A stretch of DNA of 64,000 nucleotides, from positions 2,170,001-2,234,000 of the forward strand of contig BQFW01000008.1 of assembly GCA_020891255.1 (NCBI GenBank), written 5' to 3'. Source of the DNA: Entomortierella parvispora E1425 (lineage: Eukaryota; Fungi; Mortierellomycota). Shown here piece by piece: positions 13,777 to 26,258 of this stretch (positions are counted from its first letter, which is position 1; each line of letters opens with the position of its first letter). Position numbers and translations under genes: made by a program. The notes beneath the pieces are model-generated. The model saw nothing but the letters and a program-made list of their open reading frames with translations. It had not been told where the DNA came from and did not search any database.

Positions 13777-14204
13777 AGTGGTTGAGGACGAGAAGATTAA
13801 AAAGAGGTGAAAATGGACGTAAACGAGGTGGTCACTGGGGGAAGAAGGACAAATATATCCCTTTTTCGATTAGAAAGGACGGGAACCAGCGCCTTGCATG
13901 AGTCGAGGGGAGGGTGGGATTAGGATGATGAGAGCGAGAGGGAAGCGATGAGAAGGATGATGATGAGATTTGAAAATGAGGTTAAGAAACGAATGGACCT
14001 AGAGACGGGTGGAGGAGTGTGGTGGAGGGACGTTGGCAAATTGAGAGCACTTTGGAGGAAGGGAGGGCACGGCCGATTGGTGCAGGTGGACTGACACGTT
14101 AAATTACAACACCTCGCGTCTTTCTGATTTCTTCTTTCTTTATTGTGGCTAAATGGTGGTGAGGACGATGGAACAAGCAAGGGTCAGAGAGTGCATGAGA
14201 AACA

Positions 14205-14894
14205 CTAGATCTCGTACAGCCCCTGCTCGTATGACAGCGCGACGCCCTTCTGGAACGGATATAGGCGCATGCGCACATAGAATCGCCACACTACAAAGTA
14301 CATGTACAGGTTCAACACGTAGTCCACCACCAGGCCCGCGATGAATATCATGATGAACGTGTCAATAGGCGTGTTGCAGTAGAACGCAGCCGTTGTGCCT
14401 TGTGGGCTATAGCCCTCAGCGTCGACTGCACCCCAGCACTCGGATGAAATAAGGGACTTGTTCGACTCGAGTTGGAACGCCATGATACCGATTCGCGCCG
14501 TGGCAAGGAACGCCACCAGCCACTGAACATAAACAAACATTCTCGTCATCATGTACGACCACTGTTTTTGTTCCAAGAAACAGACAAAAAAGGAGGGGAG
14601 TGCAAGAGTCAGTTTCGCGTGTGAAGAAAGGAGAGCATATATGGAGTATTACGAGAAGTTTGTTTTTGTCCTCTTCACACTTACGTTGCACAGTCCAAGG
14701 AAAGCAATGCCGGCAGTGATCGCCTGGATGACAGAAAATCCGGCAAAGAGCAGAGCCATGGTCGAGGAGAAAAAGTAGTCTCCCCAGAGAAAGAGGAAAA
14801 TGCCTCCAATGGCGTTGATCAATATGACCAATCCTGACAACCACATGGCTCCACCGCGAACTGGCAGGCACAAGCAGCAGTTATTGCACCACAT
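14205..14894 (-). CDS. Small four-TM membrane protein with N-terminal Cys cluster, uncharacterised
   Basis: Exon 1 MWCNNCCLCLPVRGGAMWLSGLVILINAIGG...FLGLCN ends at a GTAAGT donor. Exon 2 WSYMMTRMFVYVQWLVAFL...IFIAGLVVDYVLNLYMYFVVWRFY...LYEI-stop. Four hydrophobic segments. Confidence 0.7.
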
Positions 14895-16028
14895 TCTTAT
14901 TCCAAGCAAAAATTGTTGAGCGTGTAGTTCAGATGCCCTTTTTTTTCAAGGGATAAAAAAAACGAGCGAAATATGTTTGCCCGAGTCGTTAAAAAATAAA
15001 GAAAACAAGAAATGGTAAAAAGAAACCTGCGTTGCTGTGATAATGAAAGCGGGCCTTTTTTTCGCAGAGAAACGAAGCGCAAAATGGATATGATAATACA
15101 AATGAAGATGGTGGCCCTACAAGGGAAAAATTGCAAGTAGATGAAGATAGAAAGAGAGGTTGGGTGAAGACTGAAAAGTTGGTATGACAGGCTGTTCAGT
15201 CCTTGGTTGTCGTTAAGTTTTAGCGCAAGAGAAGATCATAAAATCACAGCAACGGGAAGAGTGGAAAGGAGAGGAGAAAGGAGAGGGAGAGGCAAAGGCA
15301 AAAAGGAGCAGAAATCAAGAAGATAACACGACCATGACATGACACCAAAAAAAAAAAAAAAAAAATAGGGGTCTGCAGCTGTCCATCAATTGTCAGCTGA
15401 AATCTGAGTGACAAGCGGTCAGATGCATCGCGCGAAAGTTCTTCCAGTTGTCGAGTGAGAGCTGTTATATTCGTCCTCTGCCTCGCAAGTTATTGACCGC
15501 GTCATCGTCCAAATCCCGTAGATTTTATCCTCCCTTCCGAGAAACTAAGCGAAGCCACTGGGTGCAAAGGATACGGCGAAAGCTTTGGACATGGTTGAAG
15601 GAAGGACTCCCTTTCCAAAGGTGGGCCGTTCAATTGAGCGAATGGGGATGTATCGGGCGAGTTAAAGGGTGCGGATACGATGCCAGCTCGAAACTTCAGA
15701 TCTTGCCTCCCAGACTATAAAAAAAAGCAACTGCTTCATGATACTGATCATGGCAAATACAAGCAACGAGCATGCATCATCAATCCAACACATTCATATC
15801 TCCATAGTGATAAAAGTGCAACACTTATTCCAGCAGATAGACAGCGCCTTAAGTATGTTACCGAGGGTCATTGGACATAGATGTTGAGAAAGGTGCCATC
15901 TCTAGATTGCAACATAGGAATGGATTCCAAATATGCCGATTAGATCAAGTATGGACATAGAGGACAGCATGAATCAAGCCCTCGAGAACTAACCTCCAGT
16001 GTATATGCCGAAGAATTGGGCCTTGTCC

Positions 16029-16859
16029 TTAAATGTCGAGTTGAGGCGATCTTTCATTCTGAACGTCAGGATCGTCTCGCGAGAGGTCTACAGTCATCTC
16101 TTTCAAAAACTTGTTGCTCGTGACATCCCACTTTAACATTTGCTCCACGATGCGCCAGTCTCTTTCCTGTAGAACATCTCTGGGAATCGAGTTCCGCCTC
16201 TCGGCGCCTAGGGGCGGTTTCGGCATGAGCTACCCACTTGCGTCCTTCGTTCTTTCCACGGGACAACTCCAATCCCCTTTCTCTCCATTGATCATGCTAT
16301 GTTGTCAACGTCGATGAACTGATTGTTAAGAAGCGGGCAGCTATTGCGGCGCCGAACGGCCTCTGGGAGGTTCACTAAGAACGGTGACGGCGATTTGTTG
16401 TGCAGGCGAACTATATGACAACAACGTTAGATTGTTATGGCTTTATCAACTGCATCCTTGTTCACTCCATAGCACGCCGATGTACTCACGATTCAGGTAC
16501 TCCAAGGTTGATCTCGGGAGAAAAGTCAGCTTATAACTAGGCCTTCTTTAGAGGATGTTGTAGAGACCTCCACGTTAATATCGCGCTGGCGTTACTTTTT
16601 CTTACTTTTTGCTAGTCTTGTGAGCAGTCTTGGGTGGTATCCTCGCATCATCGTAACCAACACAGTGTAGTACGGTACGTTAGGCTGGAAGTTACCAACA
16701 TAAAAAAAGAAGAGCAGAACAAAATAAATGGCACTGGACACCTCGACCACCCCACCGCGCACTAAATGAGGCATGCCTCGGAATGTTCATGGAATCATCT
16801 GTCGACTTGATGCCATTTACTTAAAAATGAACGCGTCGCATTACCTTATCCAGAGTCAT
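16029..16859 (-). other. Candidate unannotated spliced unit (small gene, pseudogene or lncRNA)
   Basis: Canonical minus-strand intron 16489-16411 (GTGAGT...CTAAC...TAG), further donor/acceptor-like sites upstream, and short coding-like frames including ORF 16226-16029. I could not build a fully canonical ORF chain. Confidence 0.3.
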
Positions 16860-18339
16860 GGTGTGTCCAAAAGCGATGGCACGAAGTTCGGGTCAATGGC
16901 CGAGAGCGTGAACGCTGTTCGCGCTCGCCTTCTATGTCGCAAAATTATAACTTCGTACGTATTATCATGCGTTAAATCAATTTGCCCTTTTGAAAAGAGA
17001 AAAGAGAAGGATTCTTGGGGTTGACCGAGTGAGTCGTGTGGGGTCGCAGAGAGCGTGGACGCACAGTGAGCGGTGAGTGGACAGGAACGGCGATGGAGGT
17101 AGCCAGTCAGTCGTAAATTGCAGAGGAAAAATGATGAAATACTAGAATAGAATGGCAGGAAGCGACGATTGAATGGACTAACAAGAAACAAGTCGGCCGA
17201 GCAGTGAGAGGGCGAGCACGCACGAGCGATCCAGGGCGTGGACCTATGGGAGGCGAGGACCACATTTCAAGGATTCAGAACGGCCCCTCGTCCCCGGTTC
17301 ATTCTGCAGTACTGAGACGGGGGCAGAGACACAACCATACAGACTTAAAGCTGTTACCGGTTGCCACATACCTCCAGCACAATTGGGTCTGCATGGACGC
17401 AGGGCGTCTTGCATTGCAGCAGCATTGCTATGACTGATAAGGAAGTTTTGAACAAAAAAACAGACAAGGGAGGGCTAAGGCCGAGAACAGGGGTATAAAG
17501 GCCAAAGGGACAGGAACTGGGCTCCCATTGTTCGCTGTAATTTGTTGTGACCAGGGGGGTATTTTTACTATCTTGTGCTACCGCACGCAATTGCACCAGG
17601 CTGACCGCGCATGGCGAGTCTCCCACGGGGGTAGTGAATGACTACATATGAACGGAACGTTGTCAGGCAGGAAGGCGAGGCGGAAATAAAGGAAGGCCGA
17701 GGAAAAGAGCACACAACCTTGGTTCTGTGATCCAGGCGGGCAGACAGGCAAAACTTGACGGCAGGAGCGAGGGAGTCAGCCAGTCAGCGAATCGGTGGAA
17801 AAACTAAGGGCCATTTTTTTTTTTTCCCTCACTCGTCTGTTTCTCCAGATCAGCCGCGTGGGAGATCTGCGTTATCTTCTCTCTTTCCCTCCTTTTCTCA
17901 CTGTCTCATTCTTCACTTGAGCACGCTATCGACGTCTTTTCTAGTCTTTTCTCTCTTTTCTTTTCTCTTCTTTCTTTATATCTCTCTTCTTTCTTTCCTG
18001 TCCCAATTCATTTCTCCTTGACACAGCAACGACGTCTGTGCCACCTGCCTGCATCTTCAACAAAAACAAAAGCACAACAAACAAAGCACTTCCTGTTCCT
18101 GTCGATCCCACCTTCCTTCCTCACTCCCCATCGTCCGTTGATCCCTTCTCCCTGTGAATGCATCCGTCTTCCTCCCCATCAAGACTCTGCCCTTCGTCCG
18201 TCGTCAAAGCCGATCAGGTTTATCTCTGATAGCCTTTAGCTCCTTTCTCCTGTCCGGACCTCTCCTCTCCCCACTCTTATTTCTCTGTCCCCCCTTCCCA
18301 TCCCCATCCCCATCCCCATCACCTCCATACTTTCTTATA

Positions 18340-20758
18340 ATGATGACTCTCAACAACCACCACCAAGGTCCCAATACTGTTGACTTGCACTCGTTAGTTT
18401 GTGCAGAGTCAGCCTCATCGATTAAGCGAACGATCCCAGTCTCTCCCCTGGCTTGCTCTGCTTCCCCTGAGGAAGTTGGCAAGGGCGATGTGCCCGAGAT
18501 TCAGCAGTTACCGCAGAGTCGGCAGAACAGTGTCACCACAATGACCTCGCACATTCTACACTCGGCATCGTCAAGGCTAGTTATCGCCGAGCAGCTGTCC
18601 CAAGACCCCGAGCAAGTGGGCGAGGGGCACCATCAGGAACAGCGGGGGCTATTCGAGCGCACCGCTTTTGACGATGACGAGGCTTCGGTTTCGGTCTCTG
18701 GGCCAATGACTGCGAGCCCCTCCTCCAGTGGGAGCGGGGCACAATCTCCTCTGAGTTCGACCGAGGTCGGGGTTCATCCGTTGCAGCAGCACCTCCTCGT
18801 CCATCACCTTCAGCATCGAGTGCTGAATCCTCCCCTCCACCATGGTTCAACAGCGCGCCCTCTCTTGAGCAGAGTTAACACAGATTCTACCGACGTTCTT
18901 GTTTCCGAGGCCACCTCTATCGAGGCCTCTAGACAAAACTCGCGCGACGACGACATGGTTCACCATCTTCATCACTCCCACCATTCTCTCCACACACCCC
19001 ATCATTATCACAACCACCGCCAGCAGTCTCTGCCTTCTACCTTGTCCCAGGGGTTGCGTTCGCAACTGCCCCCCAAAGTTTCGCAACCTGCTGTGGTCGA
19101 GGATACCCAAGGCGAGCCTGTGAGTATCGACTCTGAGATCTCTGTTCCTGTGACAGCTTCTAGAAGCGAAGCTGTTCCCATGGCGGTGGCTCGAGGCCTT
19201 TCCCCCAGCAGCTCATTGGAGCAATCCCATGCGGCTTTGTCCTCCTCCGCACCAGTTCTCTCGACCATTCCCGACCGCCGCTCCTCAACCAGCTTTTTCC
19301 GGAGACGAGACTCTACCAAATCCATTCCGACCTCTCCAACAGCTCGTGCCACATCTCATGGTATCTTCCATGATCTGAAGCGATTCTTGAAGAGCAGGAC
19401 CAACTCCATCTCTAACTCGCCTGTTTTGTCGCCCATGACACCAAGCTCACCGCCAAGCTCACCTACTATTGTGGACTTTAATGATCTGCACTTGGGAGGA
19501 TCCTCGTCTGACATGAACAAGAAAAACTCGGGCTCCTCGTCGTCATCGATTGGAAGCAGCGGTGAAAAGTCTCCTCGGCAGCAATCACATGCCCATCGCC
19601 ACCCTCATCAGCATGGCAATCAGATTGAAACAGACTTGCGCAAGAAGTATGGTAAGCTGGGCAAGGTCCTCGGCAAAGGCACTGGAGGCACTGTACGTTT
19701 GATTCGCCGTGAATCAGACAAAAAGTTGTTCGCTATCAAGCAGTTCCGTAAGCGCAAACCAGACGAGGATGAGCGCACTTACATCAAAAAGATTACCTCA
19801 GAGTACTGTTTGGGTTCAACGCTGCACCACCCAAATATCATTCAAACCTTGGATATCATTCAGGAAAAGTCCTCGTCCTCAGGAGCTACGGACAACTTTT
19901 TCGAGGTGATGGAGTTTGCAAAGTATGAACTCTTTACGGCAGTCATGTCTGGAACTATGGAACGAGACGAAATCGCCTGTTGCTTCAAGGGTATTGCCGA
20001 AGGCGTTGCTTATCTGCACGAGATGGGAGTCGCACACAGGGATTTGAAGCTCGACAATTGTGTAATGAACGAGCAAGGTATCGTCAAGATTATCGACTTT
20101 GGCTGCTCCATGGTGTACCGATTGCCTTTCCAGACCAATATCCAAATGGCCAGAGGTAAGACGCCTTTTCACGTGTTTGGCCTTTTCTGATATGATATGT
20201 ATTCTCGTGGTCTTTGCTTGCTTACAATCGATACCACTTTTTGTTATTTTAGGCGTCTCCGGTTCTGATCCATACATTGCACCAGAAGTGTTTTCTCAAG
20301 AAGAACATGATCCCTGTGGAGCGGATGTTTGGTCGTTGGCTATCATCTTTGTCTGCATGACTCTCCGTCGATTCCCATGGACGCTCCCAAGGCCCGAGAT
20401 GGATCCCTCCTTCCAGGCATTTGTTAACCCCTCTGGTTTCGGTAAAGCCAGACTTATGAAATTGATGCCAAGGGAGAGCCGTGACATTCTCGGAAGGATG
20501 TTGGAGGCTGACCCTGAAAAGAGAGCCAAGATGCCGGAGGTGCTTGCAGACGAATGGGTTCAGTCGATCGACGCCTGTACTGCGGAAGCCAGCTGTCTCT
20601 ACCATCCTCACCACCTTGGTGATACGACCTTCAACCCAAATCCCAAGCCAAAGCCCGAGAGCTCAACAGCGGAACAAGAGGATGAGAAGACGAGTGCGAC
20701 TTCAACAACCTCTGAGTCCATAATGGCTATGCAGATCCCTGTGTCGCCTGTGCACTAA
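18340..20758 (+). CDS. HAL/NPR/HRK-family (fungal-type) Ser/Thr kinase with long S/H-rich N-terminus
   Basis: [29 protein letters not shown]...[31 protein letters not shown]; intron 20156-20252; then [31 protein letters not shown]. The start is placed at the first ATG after a pyrimidine-rich leader. Confidence 0.88.
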
Positions 20759-20965
20759 GAAGAAGTCTTATGTAAAATATGTGTATTTGTACAAATAAAA
20801 GTGAAATTTGAATTCAAGAAAAAAAATTGGTGGCGCTTGTGTTTGCATCCTCAGCCACCGTTTCCTTTTTTTTTTTTTTTTTTTCAGTTACAATGCCTAC
20901 TGGCATCTCTTTGACCATTCCTCCCTTCGCTCAGCTATAATCCTTTACAGAACAAACAAGACATA

Positions 20966-22022
20966 ATGACCCGCTACACTAAGCTTGAACGCAAGAGACA
21001 TGTTGATGCTGGTGAATCCTTTGCTGTCACGCCTCTGATGCCTGCTAAGAAGGTGGAGGGTACCCAGGCTTCTTCGGCACCTACACCTGCACCTGTACAG
21101 CCAGCAACTTCAACACCAAAGGCATCGACTACCGAAGGAGGAGAAAAGACTAAAGATACCAACAAAAAGCGCAAAGCAGAGGACTCATCATTCGCACCAG
21201 CAAAGACAGAATCAGGCGAGGGATCAAGCGAGGGAAACGCAAAGACTGCCGAGGGCGGACCTGCATCTAAGAAGGCGAAGGGAAAGAAGGGCAAGGGTGG
21301 CAAGGCAAACGAGCCTGGTAAGGACAGTAACTGACCCTCCTAAGGAGTTTTGAGGATCTGAAGATTGCCTTCTTGTAATGAACTGACCGGTTTCTATTTC
21401 TTGATGTACAACAGCCATGGATAACTCGGCTAAATCAGAGAGACGCCGCTTGAGGAGACAAAAGGAGCGTCATAATGACTCTGTAAGTTCAGTGTGTATA
21501 TACGAAGGAACATGGCAGCTCCATGTCATTAACTTACATACTTACACACCTGCTTTGTACCAGATCTGTTTTGCTTGCAGGAAAACGGGACATAGCGCCA
21601 AGAACTGCAAGGAGAGCTCAGGCATCGGCATGTGTTACAGCTGTGGATCATTGGAGCATACAACCAAGGATTGCAAAAAATTGTCTAAGGACGGCAACAA
21701 GTTCAAGTTTGCGACATGTTTCGTGTGCAAGGAGCAAGGACACTTGGCTGGAGCCTGTCCCAAGAACGAAAAGGGTCTTTATCCCAATGGAGGCTCTTGT
21801 CGATTCTGTAACAAGGTTGATCATTTGGCAAGAGACTGCAAGTTGACCAAGGAGGAGGTTGGAACGGTGACCCTAGGCAAGATTGATCTGGTGCAGGGAG
21901 CTGATGACGATGATTTCCATATCTTTGTGGATGAGAAGAGGAGATTGACTGAGGAGCAAAAGCAGATCAAGAAGGCTGTGAAGGCTCCCGTCAAGGTTGC
22001 AAAGAAGGTCGTGTCCTTCTAG
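20966..22022 (+). CDS. CCHC zinc-knuckle protein, ZCCHC9-like (3 exons)
   Basis: Four CX2CX4HX4C knuckles (CFACRKTGHSAKNC, CYSCGSLEHTTKDC, CFVCKEQGHLAGAC, CRFCNKVDHLARDC), GHLAGACPKNEKGLYPNGGSC, a basic N-terminus and a C-terminal KKVVSF. Splice phases are consistent. Confidence 0.8.
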
Positions 22023-22711
22023 ACGATCTAGATTAGCCTAAACGGAACCATAAACATGGCTGCTAAAATTGTTTTGTTCAAAAATGGAGAAGGGCACAAA
22101 AAGTGGGGAAGGCTGAAGTTTTGGGCTGACCAGACTGGGCTGACCCTGACCAGCCACTCGACTGTCGGCGAGCGGTGGTAGGCCAGGTTCCTTTACAAGA
22201 TGTCATCGCACCAGTGGTGGCAGCTTGCTCTTCGCCGTCACCTCGTGGGACAACTGAGACGAGACTTGGGCGGCCAGTGCAGTGCCCGTGTGCAGCCCAC
22301 CAAAAAATCCATTGTTTGCATATGTTTTTTTAACTTGCCCTGTGCGACCATCGATTGCCTCCAGGAACAGAGGACCGAGCATGAAATGATGAAGATGCCA
22401 ATGACTTCATAGCCCAGATGAACTTCTCCGTCATTGCAAGAGCGAGAGCATCGAAGGACAGGGGGCGTGCATGAGAGGACAGGGGACGAGGACCAACGAG
22501 GTGTCGACTGACCCTGACAATTCATTTTACACAACATATTCGGGCTGTCTCATTTTCATCTTTTGTGCCCCGCTTCTCACAACTTCTTTGTTTTTCAAAA
22601 AAAAAAAAAAAAGGGAACTTGTCCCTTTCCTTCCCTTTCCTTCCCTTTCCTCTCGTCTCTTTTTATTCAACCACCCTCTTCCCCTCCCCCATCCCCGTCC
22701 TCAAGACAGGA

Positions 22712-25700
22712 ATGGCATCCACCATTAATGCGCTCAAACAGCGTCATAACAATACAAGCAAGTCATCGTCCGTCGACAATGTCGGTGACAAGGGCTACCT
22801 TGCCCGACCTTCTTCCCCTGTGAAGGGTCACTCGGCCTTCTCGCCCGTCAAGACCATCTTCTCGGCCTGGAGTCTATTCCTAGCCTTCCTCGGGATTATT
22901 GTCCTGATCACCTATCAGCTGCATTATACTCTTCCTGCTCCAGTCTTTGACTCTCTGAATTCTGATGGTCAAGTTCAGTTCTCGGAGGAGAATGCTCGCA
23001 AGGTTGTCCGTCACTTGTCCTCCGACATTGGATACCGTATCGTGGGCACAGAGCAAGAGCTAGAAACAAAGAAGTATTTGATCAAGGAACTCTCGGATCT
23101 CCAGGAGAATGCCCGTATTGCTAGCCTGAGAAGGCCCCAGTCTGAGCTGGCTCTTCCCAATTTTGACATGTGGGTGCAGGTTGGAGACGGATCCCATCGT
23201 TTCGATTTTATGTCCAAAGGCAAGTTTATTGTCATTACAGTAGTGTGGAACATCTTGGGGAGTACAGGCATGCTCTCCAAAAAAAGACTCGACTGGATGG
23301 GAACAGTTTACGCCCCTGGAAATATTTGGGTGACAGCAAACACAGGAGAGGCGATAGCTTCAAGGAAGTCAAAGGCACAGCCTACACTATTTGCAAAAGA
23401 TCACTCATTCCAAGACTGTTGATGAGTGGTTGATTGGTAGAGGGATAGTTGTCTCATGCGCACAGCCATCGACTTTTCAAACAGCCAAAGGATCAACACT
23501 GGACCGAAGAATAATGCTGACAAGCTGAAATCGATGGGGGTGTTGCTGACAATTAAACTAACCGTCCTTGTCTGTCTTGCTCCTTTTTTCCTCTTTTTTT
23601 TTCTCCTCGACACGCTCCCTCGCCCACTTCTTCACGTCTTCGAATGTTGCTCTCAACCCTTGGCCCCGCTGGAAACTTTTTTGTTTTTCGATCGCCTTGA
23701 TTTAAACTCGCATTCTCGGACGCAAAATACCTGTATTATTGCTCCAATTCTCGACGCTGTGGACCCCACCTTCAATCTGATTGGACACGATCATTAACAG
23801 TGGTCATGAAGATGTACACCAACATGACCAATATCGTTGTCCGTCTCTCCTGTGGTCCAGAGTGCGACGAGAACGCAGTTCTCCTCAACTCTCACTTTGA
23901 CACTACTCTCGGATCGCCCGGTGCAGCTGATGATGCCCTTGGTGTTGGTGTCATGATGGAGATTATCCGTGTCATGTCCCTTCGGCCTGCCCCAAAGAAG
24001 AACAGCATTGTGTTTTGTAAGAACCCCTTTTGACAAATGGTCCTTCACAATTTTTTCGATCCACCGTACTAACAAACACCTCAATTGTAGTGTTCAACGG
24101 CGGAGAAGAGTCACTGCAGGATGCCTCTCATTCGTTCATCACCACGCACGAGCTCAAAGATCAAGTGCGGGCTGTCGTTAACCTGGAGGCTTGTGGAACC
24201 AGCGGACCTGAGATTTTGTTCCAGGCAAACTCTGAAGCCATGATCAGCGCCTACGGCACTGTGCCTTATCCTCATGGAACAGTTCTCGCCAACGATCTCT
24301 TTGCGACTGGTCTGATTCTTTCCGACACAGATTTCCGTCAATTCGTGGACCACGGCAACCTCACAGGCCTGGACATGGCAGTTTACAAGAACAGCTACCT
24401 GTACCACACTCACCTCGATCTGGACGAGTTCATGGAAGCTGGTCTTCCTCAGCACATGGGTGAGAACACCTTGGCTCTGGCCACCTATCTGACCGAGACT
24501 GCAAATTTGGTCGGCATGGAGTCGACCACTAGCATTGTGTTCTTTGACGTCTTTGGTTTGTTCTTTGTCTCTTACTCATGGGCAACCGCTCTCCGTATTC
24601 ACATGGTCGTCGGCGCCATTGCCTTGGTTGCTGTTGCTTTGCAAGCCTCACGCCCAACGCTCCGTGCCACAGTTTCGATCTTGTTCTCTTTTCTTGCAGC
24701 ATTGATCCTCCCCAACTTTTCAGTCATCCTGTTGCAATCGCTTGGAAAGCCCATGCAGTGGTTCTCTCACGAATGGCTATCTTGCTTTATTTTTGGACCA
24801 GTCTCTCTTGCAGGAATGTTTTTGGTTCAGTACCTGTTCCACGACAAGAAAGCTAGCACCAGTGCCAACGAGCTCAGCACCCTCTCCGCCGTCCACATGT
24901 TTTACACCATCTGCCTTGGTCTTGCCTCATATACCGGATTCGCCAGCAGCTACGTTTTCGCACTCTACTCCCTGGCGTCCTCCATTGGATTGTTTCACAA
25001 CCAGAGACGCGTTGCCGATTCGCGCAAGGACGGTCTGGAGGTGACCCGAGTCGACTACACCACCTACTTTGTCTCAGCAGTGATGCCCACAGCGTACTTT
25101 TCGTTTGTTTGTTTCAGCTTGCTCGACATCTTTATTCCTCTGACTGGTCGTATCGGTGTCGATGCCCCTGTGGATCATATCGTTGCAGTTTTGACAGGAT
25201 TCATCACGTTTGTCTTTTGCCCCCCTGTCTTGGCTTTTGCTCATCGGTTCGGCAGCGCGGTCCTGAGGAAAACTGTGGTTTTATTGTTCCTGGCCCATTT
25301 GTTTATCTTGCTGGTGACCTCGATCTTTGTCAGTCCGTACAACGAGTTCCATCCCAAGCGCGTCTTTGCTCAGCATCTCAAGAACCTGACCTCTGGAGAA
25401 TCCATGATGTACATTGCTCACGCTGACCCTGGTCCTTTCTATGAACCGTACGTGGCTGATCTCGAGGACATGTTCTCTGTCAAGGCCATTTTCCGCAGTC
25501 CCGACAACAATCCTGGGGACTGGAATGCAATTTACCCCTTCAACCAGTTCTTGGAGTCCTATGTGATCGACACCACCCCTTATATCAAGGCCCAGACTGA
25601 GAACAGGACGATTGCCCAAAGTGTAGCTCCATTGACACACTATGTCCAGGAGGCCCCCCGTCTCGTGGCCGAGAAGGTCTCGTATGATCCCAAGACTGGC

Positions 25701-26072
25701 ATCCGCAAGCTGACCGTTTTGTGCACTCATCCAAACTATATCTGGACGGTTGCTAGCTTTGATACCCATTTGGTCTCTTGGTCCCTGTCCTCGTCAGAGC
25801 CCTTCGACCACCAGTCGCATTATGTCATCCGTCATGTGGGAGGTTATATGAGTGATGGCTGGCGCTTGGATCTTGAGTACTTGGCCTCAGGACCCGATGA
25901 CCGTCTGACGATTGAGCTGACGGCGATGGAGACAGAGGGCTTTGGCAAGGATGTGGAGCGTGAGTTGGTTGGTAGTGGAGATATTGGAGTGATGCGCAAG
26001 ATCCTAAGCAGCCGACCCCCTTGGGTGACTTTGACGTACTTTGGCACGACCGTGAGTCGCTTCCAGTTGTAA
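22712..26072 (+). CDS. ER metallopeptidase 1-like M28 family multi-TM peptidase
   Basis: N-terminal TM, then M28 motifs LLNSHFDT, GAADDALG, FNGGEESL, NLEACG, YLYHTHLD, then about 8 TM helices and a C-terminal lumenal domain. Introns are 23220-23800 (GC-AG) and a GT-AG intron ending at 24090. Confidence 0.88.
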
Positions 26073-26130
26073 TCTATTTTCCATACATGTTCGTACAGTT
26101 TTTTTTCTCTCAATACACAATACATACCAC

Positions 26131-26142
26131 ATGAGTCACGTG
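26131..26142 (+). promoter_or_regulatory. Overlapping AP-1/Gcn4-like (TGAGTCA) and E-box (CACGTG) site upstream of IVD
   Basis: Sequence ATGAGTCACGTG lies about 117 bp upstream of the IVD ATG, inside a 186-bp intergenic gap. Function is inferred. Confidence 0.35.
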
Positions 26143-26258
26143 CCACCGTAACAGCTTCAGCTTTCTCACGGTCCCGTGAACTTTTACCAAAACCCCTCCT
26201 TGTATTTTCGCATCCTCATCCACTCTTCAATCCCCACTCTCCACTCTGCACCTCCGCC

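Noticed and set aside
15448-15960. Coding-looking segment downstream of the orphan unit
   Set aside because: All frames are interrupted and there is no recognisable domain or transposon signature (no TIR, LTR, RT or transposase motif).
21565-21850. CCHC knuckles as a possible retrotransposon Gag remnant
   Set aside because: The gene is spliced, has ZCCHC9-like termini, and has no adjacent protease, RT, integrase or LTR.
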